Assembly: GCF_024622975.1 (NCBI RefSeq)
Contig: NZ_JANJZT010000018.1
Location: forward strand, 56,610 to 80,609
Direction: 5' to 3'
Source of the DNA: Blautia caecimuris
GTDB taxonomy: Bacteria; Bacillota; Clostridia; Lachnospirales; Lachnospiraceae
Length of the DNA: 24,000 bases
Below the pieces are notes generated by a model. It was not told the DNA's origin, searched no databases, and worked only from the letters and a program-made list of their open reading frames with translations. This document shows positions 8,104 to 16,449 of this stretch, in pieces. A program made the position numbers and the translations under genes. Within the stretch, counting starts at the first letter, position 1. Every line of letters starts with the position of its first letter.

Positions 8104-9108
8104 TTATTGTTTGATTCGTCCGGCTCCGGCAAGGTGCTGTTGCCAGTAGGAGCCTGTCAGGTCTGCGTAACCAATGGGATTTCCGGCATGGTACATCCGG
8201 TTATTTCCCACATACAACCCCACATGGGTGATGTAGGTTCCGGCGTTGTAGGTGGAGTGGAAAAAGACCAAATCCCCCGCTTTTGCTTCGGACAGGGGGA
8301 TGTGCTGCGTTATATTGTACTGTTCCTGTGCTGTCCGTGGCAGGGCGATTCCTGCCTTGCCATAGCACCACTGCACCAGTCCCGAACAGTCAAAGGAAGT
8401 GGAGGGGGAATCGCCCCCGTACACATACGTCCAGCCCTCATACTTTAAGGCTTCCTCCATGATAGCCTGCACCGTTTCATCATCAAACTGTGCCACGGTC
8501 AGGTATTGTGATACCAAGAGGACATAGAACATATTTCCATAGGAATACCGCCAGCCGCCGTTTTTCGCTACGGCAACAGGGTTGGTGTAGGTGACTTTCT
8601 TTCCGCCGGATTTGTCCCTTGCGAAGCTCTCTGCCAGTTCAAAGGTGTACTTTTTCCCGTGTCCTGCCACATAGTCTAGGAAACCGCCGCCGTAGTTGTA
8701 GGATTGAATCACACTGTTTAAATCACAGCCCTTTGTTTCTGCCGCTGCGAGCAGTTCCGAGAAATATTTGCAGCCCTGCTTGATGGATTCCTCTGTACTA
8801 AGGGAGTTTGGGGGAAGCCCCAGAGATTCCGAGGACTGCATAACGTCTTCCAGCGTGCCGCCGGATTCCACCTGAATGATGGCGAGCAGCACATTTAAGT
8901 ATTCCTCTATGCCATATTCCCTTGCATACTTTTCCAGCATAGGTTTATGGGCGAGGACTTCCTGTGATACGCTCACGCCCCCATAAATAAGGTTTCCGCC
9001 GCTTCCTCCGTCTTCCTCATCCGAGAAGACAATCACCACCAAAAGGAGCAGGGAGAACATCATCACAAACACACCGGAACAGGCAAAGAAAAGGTGTCTT
9101 AACTTCAT
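8104..9108 (-). CDS. Bifunctional cell-wall hydrolase (lysozyme-like/transglycosylase plus NlpC/P60), Tn916 Orf14 / CwlT-like
   Basis: ATG at 9108 is preceded by AGGGGAGAAACC, followed by a signal/TM segment. IIQVESGG...MQSSES is the glycosidase motif. FDCSGLVQWCYGKAG...H...H is the NlpC/P60 Cys-His core. Its start overlaps the upstream stop (ATGA at 9105-9108). Confidence 0.9.
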   Translation of the reverse strand: MKLRHLFFACSGVFVMMFSLLLLVVIVFSDEEDGGSGGNLIYGGVSVSQEVLAHKPMLEKYAREYGIEEYLNVLLAIIQVESGGTLEDVMQSSESLGLPPNSLSTEESIKQGCKYFSELLAAAETKGCDLNSVIQSYNYGGGFLDYVAGHGKKYTFELAESFARDKSGGKKVTYTNPVAVAKNGGWRYSYGNMFYVLLVSQYLTVAQFDDETVQAIMEEALKYEGWTYVYGGDSPSTSFDCSGLVQWCYGKAGIALPRTAQEQYNITQHIPLSEAKAGDLVFFHSTYNAGTYITHVGLYVGNNRMYHAGNPIGYADLTGSYWQQHLAGAGRIKQ

Positions 9109-11486
9109 GGTTTCTCCCCTTTCTTTTGTTTGGCAGCCGCTTGTACTGTTTTTGTCCACTCCTTTCTGGCGGTGGTACGCCGGATGGTAAAGTTGGATTC
9201 TTTTACCATAGGGGCAGCCCGTTTTCGTTCCGGTATCGCAGGAGCCGTATCATTCTGGACAGGTTTTGCCGGACGGGGAGCAGCCGGTGTGATAGTTGGA
9301 GCTGTCTTTTGTCTTTCATCTGGTTTGTCTGGGGAAGCCGGAGGGACTATCTGGCGTTCTGTCCTTACAGGCGGTGTCTGTTCATGGTGGATGGAAGCCA
9401 CTTTTACTACCGGAACCGAAGCACGTTCTGCCACAGCCCCCTCATAAGAAATCTGTCCCCGTTCCCTGATGGATGGGGAAGCTGGCTGTATAGCTGGTTT
9501 TCCTGCATGGGCGGTATCTGCATGATGTCGGAAATCTTCTGGCTGCTTTGTAGTAACAGGGCGTTCATGGACAGGAGCCGCCCCTTTGGGGGATTCGGAA
9601 GCTGCCTTTTGCGGCTGTTTTGCCTGTTCCAGTTCCGCCCTGCGTTCTGCAATGGTCTGTCTGCGGCGTTCTGCCTGTGCATTTCGCTGTTCGGCTCTGG
9701 CAGTTCGGGTCTGGGTCACGCTGGAAGTAAAATCCCGTACTCCCTCTGATACCTGTGTTTTCCCGTGGGAAAGGGCGTACTTTGCATTGACAGGCAAATC
9801 CTTTGCCTGCTCCCGAAGCTGTCCGGCAGTATCGGCTATCTTATCTTTGGTATCGGCCGCCGCATCTACCGCAGAACCAGCCCGTTTCCATACGGATTCC
9901 TGTTCCGGTGCTGCCTGTCCGTCTGGTCTGCTGTGGTCTGCCTGCGTCCGTTTGAAAGAGCCGGAGCTGGAAGCAGTTCTCTGGTCTGAGCCAGCCTGTT
10001 TTCCTGCATGATAGGCAGTCGTTCCAGCCCCAAGAGCCGCCACAGAACGTCCCAACTTATGCTGTAAACGGTGCATATGGGCGTGCATGAGCATACGGGG
10101 TCTTCGTATGATACGGCTTCCCATGCTTTGGGAATCCCCACTCTGTAAGGAGAACATCCCCATCAAATCCCCCAGCTTGAAATAAATTCCGGCAAAGGTC
10201 ACTATCTGCAAGAACGCAGTCAGGAAGAACGGATATTCCCCAGACAGGTTGTAGAGCATGGTGGAAATGCTGAACGCTACCGTGATAATCAGGGTGATTC
10301 CGGCTCTGGTAAGGATGGTATTGAACAGTTTTGTAATGGCACGTTTGGACATCCCCTCAAAAGAGGGAACCATGCTGAGGAGAAAGCTCACAGGCAGGAA
10401 CATGGCATAAATGATAAAAAGAACCTGTGAGAAAATCATTATCCCTGTGAGCAGGAATACAAAAACGGAGATACCGATATTGAACATGAACAGGAAGAAG
10501 ACGGTTCCCAAGCGGTTGATGGTCTTTGTGATGGTAAGGTTGGTATTTTCTCTGTCTTCGATTTCCTCCACCACGATTTCTTCTCTGTCCTGTCCGTTGT
10601 TTTCGTCTGGACTGGTTGAAAGCAGGCGTTCCACACGGTCTGCTCCAATGCTTTCCATATCTGAATTGCCATATTGCAGCAGGAGCCACGGCTGCTTGAC
10701 CTGAATGGAAAACAGGCTGTCCCGTATCAAATCCACGCTGTCTTTTCCTTGACTTTCTGAGTTTGGCAGCACAATCTTTGTACCAAGGGTCAGGCTGGCA
10801 TTGCTGATGTCTGCGGAAAATTCATTGATTTTCCCGATATAATCAGGGGCATAGGCGATAAAGGCAGCGGACAACACGAACACCACCACGAAATTCACAA
10901 CGGCATGGATGGCTTTTGTGGTTTCCCGTTTGATAAGCCCTGTGTAGGCAACGTAAATCCCCACCACCAGAATGAGAATCAACAGGAACCCGATATAAAA
11001 TCCCTCCGAGGACAAGCCGCCTGTGGTAACGCCTGCAAGGGTCTGCATATTTTCCCCAATGGAATCCGCCGTAGAGGAAATGAAGTCCAGCGAGTAGGCT
11101 TCCTGAATCAGATACCCTGTAGCGTTGGAAAGGTACAGGCTGATTGTCCAGATAAAATTTGTGATGGCATACAACCCGTACATCACCTGTTTTCCGATGC
11201 CGTCCAGCCAGTTCCACGGGAGCCAGTCCCATCCGCTGTCCACATAAAAATCAAGCTGGTAGTTGTCCAGCGGATATTTGCTGTATTCGTTGGCAGCGTC
11301 CACCGTATCATCCACCAGTCCGGCAGCGTGGGCGGCTGTGCCAAAGACTGCCAGCAGCAGGAGGATGAGCAGGAGTGCCAGAAGCATTTTTCCTGCTATA
11401 CTCCCGATTTTTTTAAAAGAGTTTTGTCCCTTTGTCCGGCAAGGGACAAGAGCTGTCCCCTGCTGGATAGGCTTTCTTATCTTCAT
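9105..11486 (-). CDS. Polytopic conjugation membrane protein, Tn916 Orf15 / TcpH (VirB6-like), with a long low-complexity C-terminal tail
   Basis: 793 aa with multiple TM helices in the N-terminal ~450 aa. The last ~344 aa are rich in A, Q, R, P, T and K. ATGA overlaps occur at both ends (11483-11486 and 9105-9108). Confidence 0.8.
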   Translation of the reverse strand: MKIRKPIQQGTALVPCRTKGQNSFKKIGSIAGKMLLALLLILLLLAVFGTAAHAAGLVDDTVDAANEYSKYPLDNYQLDFYVDSGWDWLPWNWLDGIGKQVMYGLYAITNFIWTISLYLSNATGYLIQEAYSLDFISSTADSIGENMQTLAGVTTGGLSSEGFYIGFLLILILVVGIYVAYTGLIKRETTKAIHAVVNFVVVFVLSAAFIAYAPDYIGKINEFSADISNASLTLGTKIVLPNSESQGKDSVDLIRDSLFSIQVKQPWLLLQYGNSDMESIGADRVERLLSTSPDENNGQDREEIVVEEIEDRENTNLTITKTINRLGTVFFLFMFNIGISVFVFLLTGIMIFSQVLFIIYAMFLPVSFLLSMVPSFEGMSKRAITKLFNTILTRAGITLIITVAFSISTMLYNLSGEYPFFLTAFLQIVTFAGIYFKLGDLMGMFSLQSGDSQSMGSRIIRRPRMLMHAHMHRLQHKLGRSVAALGAGTTAYHAGKQAGSDQRTASSSGSFKRTQADHSRPDGQAAPEQESVWKRAGSAVDAAADTKDKIADTAGQLREQAKDLPVNAKYALSHGKTQVSEGVRDFTSSVTQTRTARAEQRNAQAERRRQTIAERRAELEQAKQPQKAASESPKGAAPVHERPVTTKQPEDFRHHADTAHAGKPAIQPASPSIRERGQISYEGAVAERASVPVVKVASIHHEQTPPVRTERQIVPPASPDKPDERQKTAPTITPAAPRPAKPVQNDTAPAIPERKRAAPMVKESNFTIRRTTARKEWTKTVQAAAKQKKGEKP

Positions 11487-13936
11487 TCCTCCACCTCTTT
11501 TCTTACGGGCGGTCTGGTATCAAAGGCATGGAACAGGTCTTCAAAGATAGGATGGAACTGTATCACGCCCACACGCCCGTACAAATCACTGATGAGGCAC
11601 TGCCCGTTTTCCAAGTCACGGAGCCGCTTCTGGTTATTTTCATCTTCGGAATCCACCCCGAAAAAGGCGAGGGTCTTCTTGATTTCGTTGATGTCTGTGG
11701 AACGGAATGCAAATTTCAAGCCCAGATTGTTTTTCAGCTTTTCATCCAGCAAATCGTCCGTGTTCTGGGTGACAAAGTAAACGCCTGCGTTCATGGCACG
11801 TCCGGCACGAACCAGCTTCATGGAGAGGGTCTTGCCCTGTGCCACCTGTAAGAAGCTCCATGCTTCATCCAAATCCACAATCTTAAACACGCTGCGGTCG
11901 GTATGGATGAAGTCGAGGGCAAAGGTACTGATTACAATGAGCATTGCTACGGAAAGCAATTCCATTGTGGTGTATTCTTCAAACGAGGTTTCCTTATCCG
12001 GCAGCACCAAATCCGCCACCTGAATGATGTTGAGCTGCTTTTCAAGGCTGATGGACTGTGTGACATCCCCATCCGAAAAGAGCAGGTGTGCAAAGTCATA
12101 GTCCGTAAAGGATTCGATATGGTCGGCTATGCTGGTGCTGATGGTGGTTCCCTCCGCCCGTAGTTCTTCAATCACCTTGAAAAGCCCCCGTTCCTCACTG
12201 TTTGTTACCGCACGAATAGCTTTCCGAAGAACAGGGAACTTTTCCCCGTCACGGCTGGAAATGCCGGTTAAAAAGGTCAGGATGTCGATTGCCAGTGATT
12301 CGGAATCCTTTGGGTTCTCCATAATCACATAGGGGTCGAGCAAGCCCCTGTTCTGTTCCTCTGAGGTCAGGTTTACGATATTGATTTCATGGGCGATTTC
12401 TGGCAGGGTTTCTTTCCAGCGTCCCCGTTCCGCTTTCGGGTCAACAATGAGTGCCTGTGCCCCAAATAATACGGAATAATAGACTATCATGTTGTTGCTG
12501 AATGATTTTCCACCGCCGAGGGAGCCGACAAAAGCGGCAGCAAGGGCGTTGGTGACGGAGCCTTTTACCCCTTGACTGGCAAGGGCAGGCTTTAAGTACA
12601 CGTTTCTTCCTGTATCAAGGCTGTACCCGATATAAATACCCTCCGTTTCCCCCAACATCTGGGTTGCCCCGAAGCCAAGACCAGCAAGGAAGTCGCTGGT
12701 GACATACTGGATGTAATCGTTCAGATACCGTTTGCTGGCAGGGAGAAATTCCCCATGCAGCCCCAGCATATCCCCAAAGGGGCGAACCAGTTTCACGTTC
12801 AAATCGTCATAAAAATCTTTCACCTCATTGCAGCGGCGTTTCAGTTCTTCCAAGTCGGGAGCCGTCACACGAACCACATAGGACAGCTTATACATGGATT
12901 CCTTGCTCTGGTCTAAGGTGGATTCCAGCTCATTCACGCTGTCTAAAGCATCCACCACGTTTGTACTGGTTTCGCTGTCATTCTGCCATGCGTGGCTGTC
13001 CAAATCTTTCAGCTCTTTTTTCTTGTTCCGCACCGTGGAGAGGGCTTTCCGGTTTGTCACAATCTCCACATTCATAGAGGTATCAATGGGAAAGGTGAAT
13101 TGCTGCTGCTGATAGTAAAAGATTTCCGAGGATGGGAAGTCCAGTTCCCCCACAATGCTGTTGATGGTAAAGTAGGCGGCATACACTGTCCCGTCTTCCT
13201 GTTCGATTTTCAGATACCGCTGGTTTTCCTCTATCAGACAACGGGTGGGTTTAATGAGGTCATAGTATTTCACCAGCGTTTCCTCCTGAAACCGTTTTTT
13301 CGGAAGATAATACTCATAATCTTCGTAGGCGGTTCCGGTCTGCCCGTATAAATGTTCAATCAGATAGCCGAAATCGTCCTTATCAAGCCGCCGTACTTTG
13401 AAACGGCGTGAGATTTTATTTTCCAGTAGTTTTTCCATCTTCTGAAACCGCCAGATTTCTTCATTGCTCATGGAAACAAAATCCCCCATGAGCTTGTGGT
13501 TGACTTCATGGAGGAAGTCGGAAACAGCAGTCTTTGCTTCCCTGCGGAACTGTTTCATGGTGACTTCCTGCTCATTGACAAGCAGCTTAAAGCCGATAAA
13601 AAAGCGGTAGTCCACCTGATTTTCCCCTATCATGGAAATCAGGGCTTCGGTCTGTGCGTCAATCTTTGCACAGGCAACGTCTTTTAACTTGCCTGTCACT
13701 TCCTGTTTGGAGCGTTCCTGTGCCGCCCGTATGCTGGATTCCGTGCTGATTTGCAGGGCGTGAATCTTCCCGTCCCTGTTCTGGGCGATAAGCTGCCGGA
13801 ACGAATCGTGTACCTGATACTTCTGTTCAGGGCTTAAAAAGGAATAGTTGTAGGGAAGCAGCTCATAGTAAGCAAAGCACTCCCCGTCATGGTTGAACAC
13901 AAGGTTATTTTCGATATACTTAATCGGATATGCCAT
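11483..13936 (-). CDS. VirB4-family conjugation ATPase (Tn916 Orf16 / TcpF-like)
   Basis: Walker A is GSLGGGKS and Walker B is IVDLDEAW. ATG at 13936 is preceded by AAGGAGTGAT; the track start at 13945 is a GTG three codons upstream. Confidence 0.9.
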   Translation of the reverse strand: MAYPIKYIENNLVFNHDGECFAYYELLPYNYSFLSPEQKYQVHDSFRQLIAQNRDGKIHALQISTESSIRAAQERSKQEVTGKLKDVACAKIDAQTEALISMIGENQVDYRFFIGFKLLVNEQEVTMKQFRREAKTAVSDFLHEVNHKLMGDFVSMSNEEIWRFQKMEKLLENKISRRFKVRRLDKDDFGYLIEHLYGQTGTAYEDYEYYLPKKRFQEETLVKYYDLIKPTRCLIEENQRYLKIEQEDGTVYAAYFTINSIVGELDFPSSEIFYYQQQQFTFPIDTSMNVEIVTNRKALSTVRNKKKELKDLDSHAWQNDSETSTNVVDALDSVNELESTLDQSKESMYKLSYVVRVTAPDLEELKRRCNEVKDFYDDLNVKLVRPFGDMLGLHGEFLPASKRYLNDYIQYVTSDFLAGLGFGATQMLGETEGIYIGYSLDTGRNVYLKPALASQGVKGSVTNALAAAFVGSLGGGKSFSNNMIVYYSVLFGAQALIVDPKAERGRWKETLPEIAHEINIVNLTSEEQNRGLLDPYVIMENPKDSESLAIDILTFLTGISSRDGEKFPVLRKAIRAVTNSEERGLFKVIEELRAEGTTISTSIADHIESFTDYDFAHLLFSDGDVTQSISLEKQLNIIQVADLVLPDKETSFEEYTTMELLSVAMLIVISTFALDFIHTDRSVFKIVDLDEAWSFLQVAQGKTLSMKLVRAGRAMNAGVYFVTQNTDDLLDEKLKNNLGLKFAFRSTDINEIKKTLAFFGVDSEDENNQKRLRDLENGQCLISDLYGRVGVIQFHPIFEDLFHAFDTRPPVRKEVEE

Positions 13937-14312
13937 AAATATCACTCCTTACTGCCGTGATGGGCTGTGCCGGATATTCCTTTTCCAGCTTCACGGGCTT
14001 TCCTGCATACGTTAGTTTCGGGCGTACCAGATATGCCAGTACGGATTTCAGGAAGCCGTAAGGCTTCTTCCCGTCAAAAGTCTTCTGGCACATGAACCAA
14101 GTGAGGGCAAAGGGTACGCCGAAATATTTTAAAAATGCCCCGTCAATGAACGAAAGAGGAGGGAGGTTCCCCAAGAGCATAACTGCAAATACCGATACCA
14201 CGAACCACGCCATCTGTGTGAACGTGATGGGGAATGGCAGCTTAAAATCATTGATGGAATAGAGTACCTTTTCCACCGACCAGATACTGGTATAGCTTCG
14301 TATTTTCTTCAT
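13920..14312 (-). CDS. Small conjugation membrane protein (Tn916 Orf17 / TcpE-like)
   Basis: ATG at 14312 (MKKIRSYTSIWSVEKVLYSI...). It has two or three hydrophobic helices, overlaps the VirB4 start by 17 nt, and sits in the orf17 position. Confidence 0.7.
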   Translation of the reverse strand: MKKIRSYTSIWSVEKVLYSINDFKLPFPITFTQMAWFVVSVFAVMLLGNLPPLSFIDGAFLKYFGVPFALTWFMCQKTFDGKKPYGFLKSVLAYLVRPKLTYAGKPVKLEKEYPAQPITAVRSDIYGISD

Positions 14313-14361
14313 GTTGTCCGTCCTTTCTAAAAGATGGGGCAGCAAAAGCCGCCCCTGAAAT

Positions 14362-14400
14362 AAAAAAGCCGCCTGTACTTTCAAAAAGAGATACAGACGG
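14362..14400 (-). terminator. Hairpin with U-tract between ardA and the orf17-like gene
   Basis: On the minus strand a 9-bp stem with one mismatch (CCGTCTGTA ... TACAGGCGG) is followed by CTTTTTT. Confidence 0.45.
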
Positions 14401-14402
14401 GT

Positions 14403-14891
14403 CTATCGTATGATTTCATATACGCCGTGGTTCGTGACAATAAAGGTTCCCTCCAATTCCATGTCACGCCCATAGGCAGCATAGTCGATATAGTTTTGTA
14501 AGTGTGCCGGAAGTTCCCCAAGCTGTCCGCTTTCTTCCAGATAGTAGCGAGCCACATCCGCCATATCATCACAGCCGGAATGGCAGATAATATCGTCTTC
14601 ATGCTCACAGAGTTCTTCGATACTGCCAAAGTAGGATTGCAGCTCTGATAGTTCCTCCTGAATGTACTCCGGTAAGTCCTCCACCATTTCACACAGGCGG
14701 TTGACTTCCTCAATGGGGGTATATTCGTCAATCTCAAAGGGCAGCTCATAATCATGGATGGCGTATTCCTCATATTCATCATTCAAACCGATACGCTCTT
14801 TGACTTCCTCAAAGTCCACAGGCGGCGTGAACCATGCTCCCACCAGTTCGCCCTCATTGTATTTGCCTAAGTTGGCAATGTAAATCCGCAT
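14403..14891 (-). CDS. ardA: ArdA antirestriction protein, copy 1 (Tn916 Orf18-like)
   Basis: ATG at 14891 is preceded by GGAGGTGGAGG. The product is MRIYIANLGKYNEGELVGAWFTPPVDFEEVKERIG...DYELPFEIDEY...YIDYAAYGRD, highly acidic, as expected for ArdA. Confidence 0.9.
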   Translation of the reverse strand: MRIYIANLGKYNEGELVGAWFTPPVDFEEVKERIGLNDEYEEYAIHDYELPFEIDEYTPIEEVNRLCEMVEDLPEYIQEELSELQSYFGSIEELCEHEDDIICHSGCDDMADVARYYLEESGQLGELPAHLQNYIDYAAYGRDMELEGTFIVTNHGVYEIIR

Positions 14892-14916
14892 TTCTTCCAA
14901 GTTCCTCCACCTCCTT

Positions 14917-15411
14917 TTAGCGGTAATAAAAGATACCATTGTCTGTAAACAGGTAGTTTTCGCTGGTTTCCAGTTCCCGACCAATGGCAGCGTAGTCGAT
15001 ATGGTTCAACAGGTCTGGATGTACTTCTCCAAATAGCTGTACCTCCTGCACCAGATAACGGGCGAGGGATTCCCCGTCCTGCACCGGATAGCAGCGTATC
15101 TGGTCTTTGTGGTCGATAAATTCCGTAAAGCTGGGAAACCACCGCTTTTGTACCACATCCATTTCATAATAGAGGGGCGTTCCCTGCATTTCCTGTACCA
15201 TCCGGCAAAGGGCGTTGATTTCCCAGAGCCTTGTGTTGCCTTCCAATGGAAAGGGCAGCTCATAGTCTTCAATTTCGATTTCTTCCTCACTCTGAACCCC
15301 AAGACGTTCCCTGATTTCTTCAAAATCCACAGGGCAGGAAAACCATGCTCCAGGATATTCCTCAAAATCTTCATGGTAAAACCGTGTGGTGTTCAGGATG
15401 TAGATTCTCAT
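14917..15411 (-). CDS. ardA: ArdA antirestriction protein, copy 2 (diverged tandem paralog)
   Basis: ATG at 15411. The product is MRIYILNTTRFYHEDFEEYPGAWFSCPVDFEEIRERLG...EDYELPFPLEG...HIDYAAIGRE, with the same motif order as copy 1. Confidence 0.85.
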   Translation of the reverse strand: MRIYILNTTRFYHEDFEEYPGAWFSCPVDFEEIRERLGVQSEEEIEIEDYELPFPLEGNTRLWEINALCRMVQEMQGTPLYYEMDVVQKRWFPSFTEFIDHKDQIRCYPVQDGESLARYLVQEVQLFGEVHPDLLNHIDYAAIGRELETSENYLFTDNGIFYYR

Positions 15412-15444
15412 TTTCTCAATCAGTATCACGTCCTTTCTTAGAAC

Positions 15445-15484
15445 AAAAAATGGCAACTAACTTTGTTTGTCAGTTGCCATTTTT
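15445..15484. terminator. Bidirectional terminator hairpin at the proximal edge of the SieB-like cassette
   Basis: A 12-bp stem with one mismatch pairs ATGGCAACTAAC with GTCAGTTGCCAT (15450-15480). It is flanked by AAAAAA upstream and TTTT downstream. Confidence 0.65.
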
Positions 15485-15991
15485 CTAATAAAATATTCGC
15501 TTTAATTCTTCATCACTATTGATTTTTTTAATTACCCAAGGTTGTAAAAAATAATTGATTTGTGGGTCTAACATACTTACTAAATGAGTTTGTCCGGCAG
15601 GGGTTAATATTTGTAAATGTTGAAGTTCTATTACTAATCCATTGTTCATGGGTAATGGCAGGGTGTGAGTTGGTTCACGTAAAAACTCCCGAATGATTGT
15701 CACCTGCTCTGGTGTCATATTTTTCAAATATTTAATCTGAGCAGTTCCTAATCTCTTAGAAGCATACTTGTCATAAAAGAAATGAAAAATTTTAGATAGT
15801 AATAAAACGATTAGTAAAGCTGTGGAAATCACAAAAACAATGCCTATTGTAAAACCATATTTTTCTCGAAAATTTATAATATAAAACTTTTGGGCTAACT
15901 TTTGAGGCAATAATAATAATGTACCACTGGCAATAGATAAAGCTCCTAAAATGTTCGGCGGTAATTTCAAAAAATCAATAAAATCTTTCAT
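15485..15991 (-). CDS. Two-TM protein resembling the superinfection-exclusion SieB family
   Basis: 168 aa with two N-terminal TM helices (ILGALSIASGTLLLL and FTIGIVFVISTALLIVLLL). These are followed by ...MTPEQVTIIREFLREPTHTLPLPMNNGLVIELQHLQIL..., a pattern I recall from Firmicutes 'SieB family' proteins. The gene is AT-rich and has its own promoter and RBS (GGAGG). Confidence 0.5.
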   Translation of the reverse strand: MKDFIDFLKLPPNILGALSIASGTLLLLPQKLAQKFYIINFREKYGFTIGIVFVISTALLIVLLLSKIFHFFYDKYASKRLGTAQIKYLKNMTPEQVTIIREFLREPTHTLPLPMNNGLVIELQHLQILTPAGQTHLVSMLDPQINYFLQPWVIKKINSDEELKRIFY

Positions 15992-16024
15992 ACATTTCCT
16001 CCACTTTCAATTACTATTAAAGAA

Positions 16025-16053
16025 ATTATACCACCATTCTTAGTTTATCTCAA
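16025..16053 (-). promoter_or_regulatory. Strong sigma-70-type promoter of the SieB-like gene
   Basis: On the minus strand: TTGAGA (16053-16048), a 17-nt spacer, then TATAAT (16030-16025) with an extended -10 TG (TGGTATAAT). Confidence 0.6.
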
Positions 16054-16176
16054 TTATCATACACTATCATATTACATCTTCTTTCTTTTGGGGAGTTACG
16101 CTCCCCAAGCCCCTAGTGGACTTCCGCCATGAAGCAATCAGAGCTTGCTCCATAACGGAAGTGTAAAATGGATTCC

Positions 16177-16398
16177 CTATGCTCCGATAATCTTATTGAA
16201 CAGTTCCAGTAAGATGTCCTTTACACCGTCCGCATTGAAGACCAGACCGACCGCTACAAGGGACACCACCAGAAAACCGATAAGTTTGGAAAATTCCCTC
16301 TTAAATCCGAGGTACAGTCCAATCACCACGATTGCCAGCAGCACAAGGGACTGGGCGTTGGATAAAAACCAGTTGTAAAGATTCTGTCCGAAATTCAT
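16177..16398 (-). CDS. Small two-TM conjugation-locus membrane protein (Tn916 orf19 position; TcpD-like)
   Basis: 73 aa: MNFGQNLYNWFLSNAQSLVLLAIVVIGLYLGFKREFSKLIGFLVVSLVAVGLVF... RBS is AAAGGAGC. The family name is from memory only. Confidence 0.5.
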   Translation of the reverse strand: MNFGQNLYNWFLSNAQSLVLLAIVVIGLYLGFKREFSKLIGFLVVSLVAVGLVFNADGVKDILLELFNKIIGA

Positions 16399-16449
16399 AA
16401 AAGCTCCTTTCTTTCCTGTAAGAGTTCTTAGGTTCTAAAATTGCCGCCG

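Noticed and set aside
9126-11780. Long plus-strand ORFs (207, 141, 291 aa and others) opposite the orf15-like and VirB4 genes
   Set aside because: They lie antisense to well-supported conjugation genes. They arise from biased codon composition, their sequences are Cys, Arg and Ser-rich nonsense, and they lack RBSs.
14381-15374. Alternative-frame ORFs (133, 91 and 122 aa) overlapping the ardA genes
   Set aside because: The ArdA frames carry unmistakable family motifs and proper RBSs. The overlapping frames have neither.
16145-16378. 77-aa plus-strand ORF opposite the small membrane protein gene
   Set aside because: It lies antisense to a gene with a good RBS and clear TM helices, and it has no RBS of its own.
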